A DNA stretch of 64,000 bases from the human T2T-CHM13v2.0 reference genome, Homo sapiens: NCBI RefSeq assembly GCF_009914755.1, contig NC_060935.1, one strand, 5' to 3'. The notes under the pieces were generated by a model, which did not search any database, had not been told where the DNA came from, and saw only the letters and a list, made by a program, of their open reading frames with translations. Below are positions 40,243-54,249 of this stretch, piece by piece. Each line of letters begins with the position of its first letter. Within the stretch, counting starts at the first letter, position 1. The position numbers and the translations under genes are program-made.

Positions 40243-41261
40243 ACTAATTTCCTTTTAATAATTATTATGTCATGAGGAAATATATGCAAACACTCTCAAA
40301 CTTTCTCATATTTCCAGTCTGTGTAACATTTCAAAAATAATGTATTAATAATAAAGTATTTATGATTTTTATATTACAAAATAAAAGAAACTCTTTTGGA
40401 ATCAGAAAGTATTCTCAAACCCAAATAATTAAAATCCTGATTCTACACATAAGAAATCTGAGGCTTAGGATGAAGAATCTCATTTGACATCACCAGAAAA
40501 TAGCTGGTAGCAGAACTGGGGCTAGAACAAAATGCTCTGATGGCATGTCATATAATGAGACAGTGTGTACAAAGTGCCTTACTTCCTTCTTCCTTCTCCA
40601 CTGTGCCATCCAAGGAACCTCTACTGTTCCTCTTACTTCCTTTAGATTTCAACTTATGCTCTCGAACGTGTTCTCCAGAATTGAGAAATGGGCTTCTATT
40701 TGCCTTTCAGGATCTTATAACCATTCATCCTCTTTCAGAATTTATCTTTACATCTTGAAGAATTTTAACTTTATTCTTCAGTACTCAATCATCCCCTTGA
40801 TCATTTTAATTGCCTCATTCTAGAGTTTTTCTACCTTATTCTTGTCTTCAGTTTTAGCAATTGGAATTTTAGGCAGAAAGAATGAAGTTCTGAGGGATTT
40901 CCACCTGACAATGGGCATCTGTTGGTCATGTGAGCTAGCTGCAGATAACTGAGAGTGGACAGTAACTCCAAGCTTCTTTCCCTAGGTAGGAGATAACTCA
41001 GAGAGTTCCGCCTGCAATGCATCTGCAGGCAAATCACTGAAATTCTCTGCACTCTGTTAGGCTCCTGGCAACAAGCAGTCATAGAAGCTCCCAAACTGGA
41101 GAAAAGAAGTCCTAACGAGAAGTCCTCAAAGGAATTTAATTCCTTGGAAAAGCAGATCTGTGAAAGATAGGAAGCAATGATGAACCCAAGAGGAATAAAC
41201 ACCTTTGCTGAGTGGTTGTGGAATTCTCAGTGTTATTTGTGGTGCAAGCGCCCTGAGAGAC

Positions 41262-41669
41262 TGATACAATTTGGATGTTTGTCCCCTCCAAGGTGCATGT
41301 GGACTCCCAATGTTAGAGGTAGGGCCTGCTGGGAAGTGTTTGGATCATGGGGACAGATCCCTCCTAAGTGGCTTGGCATGCTCTCCACAGTAATGAGTGG
41401 TAATGAGTTCATGAGAGAGCTGGTTGTTTAAAAGAGTGTGGCACCTCCACCCCCTCTATTTGGCTCCCTCTTTCACCATGTGACAACCTGGCTCTCCTTT
41501 GCCTTCTGCCATGATTGGAAGCTTTCTGAGATCCTCACCAGAAGCCAAGCAGATGCCAACACCATGCTTCTCGTACATCCTGTATAACCATGAGCTAATT
41601 AAACCTCTGTTATTTATAAATTACCCAGGGTCAGATATTCCTTAATAGCAACACAAATGAGCTAACACA
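41262..41669 (+). mobile_element. MST (MaLR) solo LTR, MSTB-like
   Basis: TGATACAATTTGGATGTTTGTCCCCTCCAA...TTTATAAATTACCCAG...CTAACACA; near-TSD GAGAC/GAGAT. Confidence 0.88.
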
Positions 41670-44049
41670 GAGATATTCAGTTTTTCTGATGGCAAGAGCC
41701 ATTTCCTATATTATAACCTGCTAATCCTTATTAACAGAAGAGATGATTCATTGTTCAAAACCAGAGTGAACCCCAGCCAAGTCTCCCTTTCTGAAGAGGG
41801 CCCTTTGCTTGGGCTCTCCTGCCTCAATTGCATCATTTGCTGCAGGAACAAACACAAACAAGCTCCTTTTCTCCTTGGAGGGCATCTACACCACCCTTTC
41901 AATCATTGTATTATTATTATTAAAATAGTGTTTATTTTCTGTTAAGAAGAAAGTTTATTTTAAATGTTTGTAGAAAATACAACCTGTAATCTTATAACCC
42001 TGAGATAACCACTTATAAAATTTTGCAATATTTTCATTCAGGCATAGGTACTATAATTTTATACACTTTTATGTCCTACTTTCACTTAGCTTGGAGAGAA
42101 TTTTTCCACATCATTAACTATTTCTAAAAAACACAATTTGTCCTAGTTACACACAGTGTCCCATCCTGTGGCTAAATCATAATTTATTTTCTGTTTGCCC
42201 ATTTAAAGTCACTTTGTTTACCTTGTATTTTCTATTCTAAAAATGCCGTGATAAACATCTATGTTCATCTTTTGTTCGTGTCTTTGATGATTCTGAATGA
42301 CTGATTGCTGATAATAAAACTACTAGTTAAAAGATTATTTTGAGGTCTTTAATACATATTGCCAAATGAATGATAAGCTTAATTAAACTTTGCAAAACAA
42401 TGTATGCATCTGCTGCGGAGGTAGCAATATGCCACAAATACTAAAACAAAATAGAAACAATCCACACCATAATCTCCCCTGGGGGCTGAAACTATCTACA
42501 GCCAAACAGCTTATAGTCCATAAAGCATGATTTTTCCTATTTGATACTCTTCATTAACATGACATGACTATTCCAGGAAATTCTTGACCCAGAAGATTAA
42601 GTTGGAAATAACTTTGAAAATTCATTGACTTTCCACATCTCTTCATCAGAGTAAATAGCTTCCTTCTTAGAAAGATAGATTGTTCAGCTGGAATCATCCA
42701 ATTGTTTACTCTGAGGTTTGCTCCAAAATCCTCACCTGAGTTCACCAGTCCTGAACTATTATATCACAACTTTGGCCCAGTCCCAGTCAGACCTCCTCAT
42801 AGAAACACCTGCCTTAAACGAGACCCCTCCAAATCACATAAATATCTCATCTTTATCCTTCCTTTTCAAAGACAGTGCTAAAAAGGCAGTGGTCTTCCTT
42901 ATTACAGGAAGCAATACACTTGGCTTTGCTTGACCCACAAGCTATTTTGTGGTCTCCTTGGGGTGTTGCAGGTTCACTGCCCTTCCGCAATTGTGAAACA
43001 TGGCAGCTTTTGTTGAGCTCTTCTGTGACCCAGGGCTTTGTCTTCATTATAGCATTCCATCCCTACAACAGCCCTGTTAGTTGAGCACTGTTATTCAAAT
43101 TGCCAAATGTTACATCTTTAGAAAGTGGCTTTGTGAACTCTGCCTTAGCATGTAATAGCTCCAACAACTTCTATCCTTACAACACCCAACTAGACACCTC
43201 CCAATTTGGTCAGGGGAGGTCTAGTCCTGCATCTTCAGTGCCACCCCTATATTATCACATGGAGTAGGGGTCTACAGCACCTCAAGACAGTAGGTGCCAA
43301 ACTGGGTGATTTTTTCCCTTTCTTAAAGTGCTTATTATAAAATTTTCTGTACATAACAAAATAGAGAATAGTAAACACGAATACATTCATCTCCTTGATT
43401 TAACTATTTTTAATATTTTTCACCTATAATTCATTTTCACATTGCATTTTACTTCTTACCTATGCATTTCTTAAAAATAAAATAAAGACCTTTTCCTGTA
43501 TAACAATAATTATTTTCCTTTAAGAAAATACTCTCCCTCTGGCAATGTGGCAAATATTTTCATCAATTTGTGCTAGGAAGTTGAGCATTGATTTAGACTC
43601 CTCATATACTTTTGTTCTTTCCACCCAAGTCCCAGTTCACACCTTTGTACTTATATACAAATCCATTTATTTTCCATAGTATAGATTCTGTCTCCCTAAT
43701 GCATCTGTGTCTGCTTACTTCTTGCTCCACTCCCAAAACCAGAGACTGACAACTTCTCTTGGACAGCTGAAATTATCTCCTAGTTGAGCACTCTGTTACA
43801 CTCAGACCAGATAAGGTTCTTAAAATACAGTGCTGACTGAATATACCCATCTTTTTGGAAACATTTCAGTAGCAGATTTTTTTTTAACCAAACTAGCAGC
43901 TCCTGATGTTATCTCTATCAACTTTCTACAAAAATGTTTATTGAGACACTGCAGGAAAAAAGGAAAAAAGAAACACACACACACACAACAACTCCCCAAA
44001 AGCAGACACAGAGATACTCTATTTTTTCTGTTCTATCTCCCTGTCCTAG

Positions 44050-44075
44050 AATCTGGGAGCAACTTCTGCGCGTTG
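44050..44075 (+). other. candidate 26-nt micro-exon
   Basis: TTTTTTCTGTTCTATCTCCCTGTCCTAG acceptor and TTG|GTAAGG donor. Confidence 0.3.
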
Positions 44076-44449
44076 GTAAGGTTGAAGACGCACTCATGAT
44101 AAACCAGTGAAGGTGCAGTTTGATGGGCTCAGAAGAAAAGAGAAAGCTGCACCCTCTCTCCTCCTCTGCCCCAGGCCCCCGACGCCCACACCAACCTGAA
44201 AACCATGCAAGGAGGCCAAAGTCCTCCTGCCACAAATGTGCTTAGCAAAGGCTGTCATCAGGAAAGAAACACAGCGAGAGAGCAGACGCCAATGGTGATT
44301 CTCTTTTAGATGCTCCCTGGTCTCTCCCTTCACACGTGGTAGAAAGAGGAAGAGCCTCAGAATCAGTAAACACTGGAGGCCGCCATTTTCACATTCCCCA
44401 AAAACATAACAGAAAGCAAGGTTAGAAATAGTAGTATGAGTCAAAGGGA

Positions 44450-46630
44450 ATTCAAAGTGTGAGGGAACTTTATAGATGCCAAATATTACAGTGAAAATAG
44501 GTATATCTGTTAATGAATAGGTAATTTTCAAGAACATTTATGCAAAAAATATAAAAATCAGTGTAGAAAGTAAAGCAAACAAACTGTTGGCAGTATGAGG
44601 CAAAACTAGCAGAAGTACTATTACGGGAGACTTTAACATCCTCAAATATAAGATAGGCCTCCAATGAATGTAAGGATATAGATAACTTGGTAATGTAATT
44701 AACAGGCTAAATGTAAAAACTTGCCTTCACTACAGTTAGAGAAGTACCTCATTTTCAAGTGACCACGGACCTTATAAAACCTAATCTACCATATCACAAA
44801 AAAGGCATCAATAAATTCTTAGTAGCAGAAATTACACTGATCACATTTTTTGACCACATTACAATAAGAATAGAAAAATAAGAACAGTAATTTAAACACA
44901 AGAACAAAAACTTAATAAGCAGGAAATTAAAAATCACCTTCCTAAATTAATATGGGATCAAAGGCAAACTGAAATAGAAGCCACTTTGCAGAGCGGGGCC
45001 GGGGGTGGGGGGGCGGGGTTCAAAAAAACAAAAATGAAGACAAAACTTACCAAAATAGTAGTAAACAAATCTTAAATGCTTTACTATTAGAAAGAAAAAT
45101 TTAATATCAATTAAGCAAGTTTCCTGAAAACTAACAGGATAAATAGAAAAAATAAAAATGAGCAGAACTGGAATGATAATGAAGCCACAACAACAGATTT
45201 AGAAAATATTCTTTAAATCATAAGAAAATGCTACATACAATTCCAGTTATAATTTGAAAATTAAATAGAAATAGGCAATTTATTGGAAAAAAAAACTATC
45301 AAGTTTTTTTTAAAGTGGTAGAACACCGAAATACACCAATAATCATGAGAAAGACAATAAATTATCAAAAAAGTTTTGGGGCTTTGGAACCAGGTAGTTT
45401 TTAACAATAAATTCTGTCAAATTTCTTAGGAGCGTATACTCTCCATGAAAATATCTATGTGCATATATATGTAAGCCCACACCTCTACACACACGATTAT
45501 ACTCACATCCTGCCTTCTATCCTGGAACAAGACAAATTGCTTCCTACTTTATTTCATAAAAGTTCCCATTCTAACACTGGATAAAAGATAACACCAAGAT
45601 GAAAACTATGGAACAGACACAGTTACGAACATAGATGCAAAATCCTCATTGAAACATTAATAAATTAAATTCAATAGTATGTCTTTAAAAAACCACCCAC
45701 TGCAACCGTTTATTTAGTTTAGTATTGGAAAATCTATTAATCAAATTAATAGGTAATATTAGCTCAACTGATGGAAACAAAAAGCACAAGACAAACCTCG
45801 ACTTTTTCTTATTTTTTCAAAAAAGTGCGTTGTAAATCAGGAATGTAAGGATACTTTCTTAATGTGACAAAGACATCCACTTTAAACCAGCAGCGTGAAC
45901 AAGGAGAGGAAGACCAACAGGCTAGTGACCACTACTACCATTCAATACTCTGCAGAAGTTTTAGGCAAGGCATTGGTAGCATGATGAAAAGGGGATAGAA
46001 TTATCATTATGTCTCCTTCAAAAACCCAAGGAATAAACTGAAAATCTACTGCCAGTAATAAGATTATTGAACAATGTTGCTGATAGATAGAAATTTGAAA
46101 AAATAACTATTTGAAAATAATCTTTTAAAAATACATAATGGAATAAAATAGCAACAATAGAACAAAGCAGGAAAAAAAGCATAGACTACAACATGTAGGA
46201 TTAACTTAAACAAGACACATGTAAGAACTATAGAAAATATACAATCACAAAACCTATGTCAAAAAGAAAATGAGCTTCAATAAATGAAGAGGCATACTAC
46301 ATTCTGGGAAAGGAAGAGTGAATGATATAAAGATATTAATTCTTTGCACATGAATGTCCCTGTATTATGAAATTCCAATAAAAAAATCAGCTTAATTTTT
46401 CTTCTTTGGAAACATGATGAAGTACTTTTAAAGTTAAGCTGGCATAAAAAGCCAAGAATAACTAAGGGAATTTTATTAAGGAAGAATAATAAGAAAGGCC
46501 TTCTACACCAGACATGAAATATGTTTAACAAAATCTTAGTGATTCAATCAGATCATACGAGTTCAATAATTGACAGAAGGATCAGTGCAAAGAGATGAAA
46601 TGTGAGTAGAATTAGACTCTGATATATACA
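44450..46630 (+). mobile_element. ancient L1M ORF2-derived sequence
   Basis: A-rich; remnants such as CACATTTTTTGACCAC, ACATAGATGCAAAATCCT, CTACCATTCAATA, GGAAAGGAAGAGTGAAT. Confidence 0.65.
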
Positions 46631-46639
46631 ACAATGATA

Positions 46640-47930
46640 AGAGTAACATAGTGGGTATGGAAAGGGAATGGAAGGAGTGGGGGAAGAATACAATTTCAAA
46701 TAGGATAATAAGGAAGCCCTCTCCAGGAAGCTAATTTTGAGCAAAGATTTTAAAAAGATGAAGGAGTTACCCATCCATATATCTTGGGACAGAGCCTTCC
46801 AGGAGAGAACAGCAACTGCAAAGCCACTGAGGTGGGAACCAGTCTGACGTGTTCAAGAGAGATGAAGGAGACCAAATCTTCCTCTTGCTCTAGTAACTGA
46901 GGCAGGGAAATAGTAGGAAATGGGACCAGAGACAGACTGGGGTGAGCTGGGGATTGGATCATATAGTCTTTTACACCATTATCCAGATTTCACTTTTTAC
47001 TCCAAGTGAGATGGTAAGCCATTGGAAGGCACGGGACAGAGGCATGGCAGGATCTGATTTCCATTTTTAAATGATCACTCCAGTTTCTTTGTTAAAAATA
47101 GGCTGTAAAGAAACAAGACTAAAATTGGGAAGACCAGTGGAAGGCTATTGCGAAAATCCAGCCAAGATATGATGAACAAAGTAGCAGTGCAGATGGTATG
47201 GAAGATTTTGCAGAAGGTAGAGTCAACAGGATTTACTGAAGGTGTGAAAGTGAGGTATGAGAAAAAGAGAAGGGTCAAGAGTGACTCCTAAATGTTTGAT
47301 CTGAGCACCTGAAGGATGTAAGTTTCCATTAGCTGAGTTGAGATGACCTCACAAAAAGCGGCCTTGGAAAGATCAGGAATTTAATTTGGGCTATGACACA
47401 TCTAGCATGCTCATTTAGACATCTAGGTGGAAATGTTGAGAAGGTTGTTGTATTAATATATACTTTAGAGTTCAGGGGAGAGACACAGACTACGATCATA
47501 GACCCTGAAGTCATAATATACAGATTTTATCAGGAGCAGTGAGTCTGGATGGAAGCGGGGTAGAAGTGAGCATAGAGAGAAAAGTCCATGGGCAGAGGCC
47601 TAGGTCCTGTCAGCACTAGAGGCAGGATTATGCAGAGGAGAGGAGAGAATTGCCAGTGAGGTAGGAGGTTGTGGTGATGAAACTGTTGCTGCAAGAGACG
47701 GTTAAGCTGTGCAAATACCGCTGACAGATCAAATCACATCAAGAATGAAAACTGGCCAATGGAGATAATAATGGGGAAGGCATTGATGACTTGATAAGAG
47801 GTGTTTTGGTGGAGAGGTGAGATCTAAAAACTACAATGGGTTTTAAAAAAAGAGGAAAGAAATTGAAGTCTGCCAGCTAAGACTACTAAGAGCATTGCTT
47901 TAAAGGGAAACAAAGAAATAGGGAAGAAGT
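46640..47930 (-). mobile_element. L2 LINE (long fragment)
   Basis: TGCAAAGCCACTGAGGTGGGAA, GAGATGGTAAGCCATTGGAAGG, CAACAGGATTTACTGA, TTAGACATCTAGGTGGAAATG antisense L2 motifs. Confidence 0.8.
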
Positions 47931-49043
47931 TGGCACTACAGGCAAGGTTCAACATTTGGAAAACAAAATTGAAATAAATCTTCACATTAGTACATATGGC
48001 AAAGAATATTCCAGATGGCCTAAAGAGTTACATGTAAAATAATAAAATATTAAAACACTTACAGACAATATAGGTGAATAACTATCTAATGTTGGGATGG
48101 GGATGGATAATCTAAGCACAACAGAAAAGAAAAAAATGTACACGTACAATTCATTGGATTGAAAAAATGCCAGGAAACCATAAAATAAAAGTCATACATA
48201 TTTGAAGAATACATGACACAAATATATTATACAATACTACCGTCCAATGCATTTAGAGAAAAATGCTGAAACACCAAGGGAAAGTTCAGCAAATATCACA
48301 GACAAGAAGCAATGCCACTGCCTAATGTGAGAAACATTCAAACACATTTGTAAATGTAGAAGTTACAATCACAATACAATCACAATAAAATGAGGTAAAT
48401 TTTTTAACCTTCTTAAAATATTATCAGAAGTTGTCAACCTCTAAAATTAGTTCTTATACTCAATATTGGCAAAGTTTGGTTGAGTGTGTGATCACAGTGT
48501 TAATTAGGTAAAATCTTACCAGAAAGCAGATTGGCTTTATTAGTAACTTTAGAAGTTCATGGGTTTCGAACGTTAGTTTCACTTCTAAAAATTTTCATTA
48601 AGAATATGATATAAACACAGAGGCAAAAAAGCATTTATCAAGTACCACATCTGATGCTTAAAATTAACACAAACTAAGTATCTTCATTGCAAAATAAGAA
48701 TAATAACTATCTCATGCAGTTCTTAACATTAAATAAATATTTATAAAGTATTTAGTATAGTACCTTGACATATAATTAAATGTTATTTATTTAAAATCAT
48801 TCGCTAAATCCTAGTTAAACGTCATTCGACAATCATTTGTTGAGTAGGTAAATAAAATAGTCACATTGTGTCAATTGAGAAAAGATGCAAAACTATATGT
48901 ATTGTATGAATCTCAATTTATATATATAATTATCTGTCTTTTGAGAGAGACACAGCTATTTGTTTTACAAAATATTACTATTAAGTCATTTGAGCCTAAC
49001 TACTTACTACAATAAATACCATATGTATTGTATGAATCTCAAT

Positions 49044-49350
49044 GTTTTTTGTTTGTTTGTTTGTTTTCGACGCGGAGTTTTGCTCTTGTTGCCCAGGCTG
49101 GAGGGCAATAGCGTGATCTCAGCTCACCGCAACCTCCGCCTCCTGGGTTCAAGAGATTCTCCTCCATCAGCCTCCTGAGTAGCTGGGATTACAGGCATGT
49201 GCCACCATGCCCAGCTAATTTTGTATTTTTAGTAGAGACGGGGTTTCTCCATGTTGGTCAGGCTGGTCTGGAACTCTCCACCTCAGGTGATCCGCCAGCC
49301 TCAGCCTCCTAAAGTGCTGGGATTACAGGTGTGAACCACTGCGCCCCGCC
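49044..49350 (-). mobile_element. AluSp-like
   Basis: TTGCTCTTGTTGCCCAGG, CTCACCGCAACC and GGTTTCTCCATGTTGGTCAGG diagnostics; TSD GAATCTCAAT. Confidence 0.92.
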
Positions 49351-49580
49351 GAATCTCAATTTATTTTATATATATATATAAAATATTTATATATAATATA
49401 TATAATAAATATACATATATTTGAGAGTCATACAGTATATATGGTTTTGCAACTTACTTTTTTCAAAAGTATATATTTCATTTGACATATACAGGTAAAA
49501 AATTGGAAGAAAATATATCAAAATACGTACGGTTCTCTCTGGATAAGAGGAATCGTTATTACTACTAAGAAATCAGTTCT

Positions 49581-49839
49581 CAGAGAACCAAATACTGCAT
49601 GTTCTCACTTCTAAGCAGGAGCTAAATATTGAGTACATACGGACATAAAGAAGGGGACAGTAGACACCAGGGCCTACTTGAAGGTGCTTTGTGACAGGAG
49701 GGTGAGGATTGAAAAACCACCTGCAAGGTACTATGCTCATTACCTGAATGTAAAATAATGTGAACACCAAACCACCGCAACACGCAATTTACCCACGTAA
49801 CACTCTGAACCTAAAATAAAAGTTGGAAAGGAAAAAAAG
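49581..49839 (+). mobile_element. L1PA15/16-like 3' end
   Basis: ACCAAATACTGCATGTTCTCACTT...GAACCTAAAATAAAAGTT; TSD AGAAATCAGTTCT (49568 / 49840). Confidence 0.88.
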
Positions 49840-49959
49840 AGAAATCAGTTCTTAGTCTGTCTTTACTCTTAAGGTCATTCTATTTTTGCTGTTCTAGAGT
49901 TTTGGTAAAATATGTCTAGATATGTATTTTACTGTATCTATTTTTTTAAAAAAAACACA

Positions 49960-50163
<204 letters not shown>

Positions 50164-50319
50164 TGAATCTATGAATTTTGTGTTAAATCTGGAAAATTGT
50201 CTTGCCATGTCTTTTCCCTTTCTTCTTCTGGAACTTCAATTAGGCATATGTTAGACCTACATGGGAGTCTCTTTCAGTTGTCTTTGACATTTTCCATTTT
50301 TTTGTTTCTTTATTTTACA

Positions 50320-50585
50320 TCCATGGTTCTCAAACTACAGGTGAAGGCATACTGGGAAACCAGAGTGAATTCACAGGAACACTGTGGGAATGTTGCATTT
50401 TTGAGAGAGACACAGCTGTTCGTTATATACCATGCAAAATACTAAAATTAAGTTGTTTGAGCCTAACTACTTAATAAAAGAAATGTTGGGAATTTCTTTT
50501 GCTTTGGGGATACTATAAAAAAATCATTCAGGCACTAACCCATGAATGGTGCCATGAACCAAGGAAGTTTATGAATCTCTATTCT
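50320..50585. mobile_element. hAT-Charlie-type MITE
   Basis: CATGGTTCTCAAACT start and GGTGCCATGAACCAAGGAAGTTTATGAATCTCT end resemble Charlie TIRs. Confidence 0.55.
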
Positions 50586-50743
50586 AGATTTTTGGTATTT
50601 ATTTTCTCAAGATTATCTTCCAGTCATGAATTCTTTCCACAGCTGGAACTAATCTGTTTTGTATCCATCTATTGAAATTTTACTCTCAATTATTACGTTT
50701 CATATTTCTACGAAGTTTTATTTGGTTACTTAAAAATATTACT

Positions 50744-50851
50744 AGGAGAATGGCGTGAACCCGGGAGGCGGAGCTTGCAGTGAGCCGAGATCCCGCCACT
50801 GCACTCCAGCCTGGGCGACAGAGCGAGACTCCGTCTCAAAAAAAAAAAAAA
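50744..50851 (+). mobile_element. 5'-truncated AluYa5-type element
   Basis: right-arm end with all CpGs intact and Ya5 diagnostic GAGATCCCGCCA; pure A tail; perfect TSD AAAAATATTACT at a TT/AAAA site. Confidence 0.88.
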
Positions 50852-52374
50852 AAAAATATTACTGATGGATTTTAATGTTCTCTTAATCCTAAATTATATT
50901 CTGACAGCCATTTTTATTTCTTTGCGCATAATTACACACATATATTTTATATTCTGCTTTTGAAAAATTGCCCCAGTTGTAGTTTTCAAAGTTCCTTTTC
51001 TACACTATACTATGAGCACTGACTTTTCTTCATGGTGGTCTGTTTCCTCATGTACGTGATGAGCTACATGTTTTACAAAATTGTGGAAATGTTAGCGGTG
51101 CCTGCGATTAAAGTGCATTCCTTCAGTGAGGATTTGCCTTGTTTTTACCAAGGATTTGAAGTCTTACCAACCTATGTCCAAGCTTACGACATGGGAGCCA
51201 CACAGGAGTCGTGAATTAACACTCATGGGAGAGCAGTCTTCCAGTTAAGGATCCCAAGAAGCCTCTCTTGCCCCTCCATCCAGAGACATCTTCAACCCAG
51301 CCAGGTAGTCCCACTCTCTCCTTCTGCAAGGCACATCTTCCCCCTTAACCCACTTCAGGGTTTTGCCTTTAGGGTCTGTGGCTCCAGGATAAACTCTGTA
51401 ATCTTCCCGGCCATTTTACCAGCTCCCAGGCTTTAGCTCATATCCACACAGAATCCCTCAAACTTGCACTCTAGGGAATGAGGCATCAGAAGCCATCCTA
51501 GGGCAGAACCGGCTTCACCATAGCTTATCTTTCTGAAGTAATATTGTTTTGTTGCTTTGTGCTTCTTGAACTTTCCCTTGCTTTCTTGCCAGATCACTAT
51601 GCATTTTAAAATACTTTAAATATATTTTTCATAGTATTTCTAAACACACTGGGATTATTTCTGTGTATGCCTCATCTTACCATATTTCCAAAAAAAGGAA
51701 AGCATTTTTTTGTATTTTTACATTGAGGAGAAATTACCTTTATAGTTAGGTGGGATTACACTATTCACTTTCCTCATGAAAGCTCCCTGCCTCCTCACTC
51801 ACGTCTTCGCTTATTCTGTTTCCTCTACTCAAAATGTCTATGATGTCTATGTCTGTGACATATTTCTAAGTCTTACCTATCCTCAAAGTCCGGAAAAGTG
51901 CTGCCTCCTCCCTGTAGTCTTCCTCAAACTCCCCTGCAGCTTCTGAAGTTAAGTTTACCTGTATCTTTCCTTTGAGTATTTGTCACTTTCTCCCTCATAT
52001 TGAATATATATCAGACCTTGCTCATTTGTGTATAGAAGTTAGCACTTCAACTATTTACAAAGGCTTCAAATTTCATCATGGATATTATATTTTAATTTTT
52101 GTGAGGCCCAAATTTGAATTCAATACTCCATGGCTGAAGTTCAGAAGTGACTTCTATAGCTTGTGAGAGCAGCTGGGAAGGCCCAGGGCACCCATTACCA
52201 AGTTTATCTGCTTAGCTCCATACACAGGCTAAAAAGGTGGTCAAACTTTGGTTCTTCCAATGGGAGGGGGAAAAAGTTTCTAGTAAGAAAATTGGCTTCT
52301 ACTGTTGGTAATATAAATGAAGAGAAAAATAAGTAGATCCAATCAAGTGATGGCTTTGGCCAGAAAAAAAAAAT

Positions 52375-52378
52375 TATA

Positions 52379-52424
<46 letters not shown>

Positions 52425-52470
52425 TATATATATTTAATATATATTCAATATAATATATATTATTTCATAT
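52375..52470. repeat. (TA)n microsatellite / AT-rich low complexity
   Basis: read directly. Confidence 0.9.
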
Positions 52471-54249
52471 AATACATACTTTTTAAAATAACATTTAAAA
52501 GCAAAGATTCAGATTCTGCAGTAGTGCAGACATGAAAGGTCCACCATACATTCTGTACAGAAACTGGAAAAAGCAATTTATGAAGCTATTTTAGCAAGTT
52601 CTCTGGATAGTGCAAAAATTGTTCAAGTGAGAGATAGCCTAGCATAGAGTTTATGTTAATGGCCAGATTTATTTTAATAGCTTTATAAATTACTTGAGTT
52701 CTGTATTTATAGAATCATTAAGGGTCCAAAGGGGTCACTTATATTTTTCAGTTATATTTTATTGCATTTTATGTAGCAAATTATATGCTATAGTAAGATT
52801 CATGAATATGGGGATTGATGAAGGTCTCAGGGTATATCGCTTGCAAATGTCAAGGATTTTATGAATGTTTATTATGTCCTGAAAGATAAAATTCACGTCT
52901 AGCTTAACTTTCTCCCTGACTTCACCTAGGAGTGCTTTTCCCATAGTAGGCCCACATTTGTTGAAATGAGTAGGCATTTCATTTGTTGAAAGAAGAAAAA
53001 AAAGAAAGCTGTTCTCATCTTTATGTTGCTTTTCCACATTTTGGCATTTCTCCTGGGGTGAGTTTACTCAGGTATTGTCAGAGGAGATAACTGAGGAATA
53101 TAGAGTCTTTCTTCAGTTTCCATTTGTGGAATTGTAACAAATAAATAACATCCTCATTCATTATTAATAGGCTTTCTAGAGATCAAAAAAGTGGATTCCA
53201 ATTTCCAATGAATAATTCTACTGGCAATTATTTGCAGTTTAAATAAAAGGAAAGGCATTTTATGTGGACGATACAAGCAGTGGATAATTAAAATACAGTA
53301 ACTGATTTCCATAAATAATGAAGATGGGAAATTATCTCTGACATTATCTCTGACTTTGTTTGCAAAACTCAATTTCCAATTCATGCCCCGTGAAGAGGAT
53401 TAGCCATTTCCACTCTAGCCCCACCTCTCTAGAGGGGACAAGAGCACATTACGCATATTGCACAGTTTTGCTCTGGCAAAGGTGTAAGAGGGATCTAATT
53501 TCAGCTGCTCACATTTGAAAACAAAGAACTGAGCCTGTATAGTTCCTTTAAAAATTTTTAATTAAGAGCTATAAATAATGATTTCCAAAATACACATGTG
53601 CATTCTCAAACACACACTCCACGTGCAACCACAAACAAACATATACACAAAATGTAGTCACAAAATACTCAATTGAGGATTGTGTAGTAGATGAGTTTTA
53701 AAACTAGCAATAAATTGTTCATTCTCAAATTTAAAAAAAAATGCTAACATACCTACTGCAATGAGAACAACAACAAAATACTATTTTGCTTATATTGTCC
53801 CTTTCAAAAAAAGAAGAAAAATAATAACAAAAACCTAGGAACTGTTTGTTACATAAATGAATGCAAAAAGACTGTTAGTTTTGGTTCCTCCATTTGGTGT
53901 ATTTTTGACTTGGCAAAATGAAAGATGGAATATAGTGAGGCAACGGGTAAGGAACCGGGTGGCCATCTTTTGTGATCGGTCCCCTCATCCCAAGGCTTTT
54001 ATATTGATAGAATTCCCCTATTTTGACTTTAGTCAAAATCCACATATTGCATGAGTTAACAGTTTCACTCCGCTCATCTTTCACTTAAAATTTTCTCAGG
54101 ATCTGGAGGTTCTGGGCTGTTAAGCTCACAAATGTGATCTCAGAGTCCAGCATCCCACATTCAAGTTTCCATATTCACATTTGTGAGTGCCAGGACGTAC
54201 TATGTCCTGTATCAAGGACTAACTGTAAAAATGAAAGAGCATACAATTA

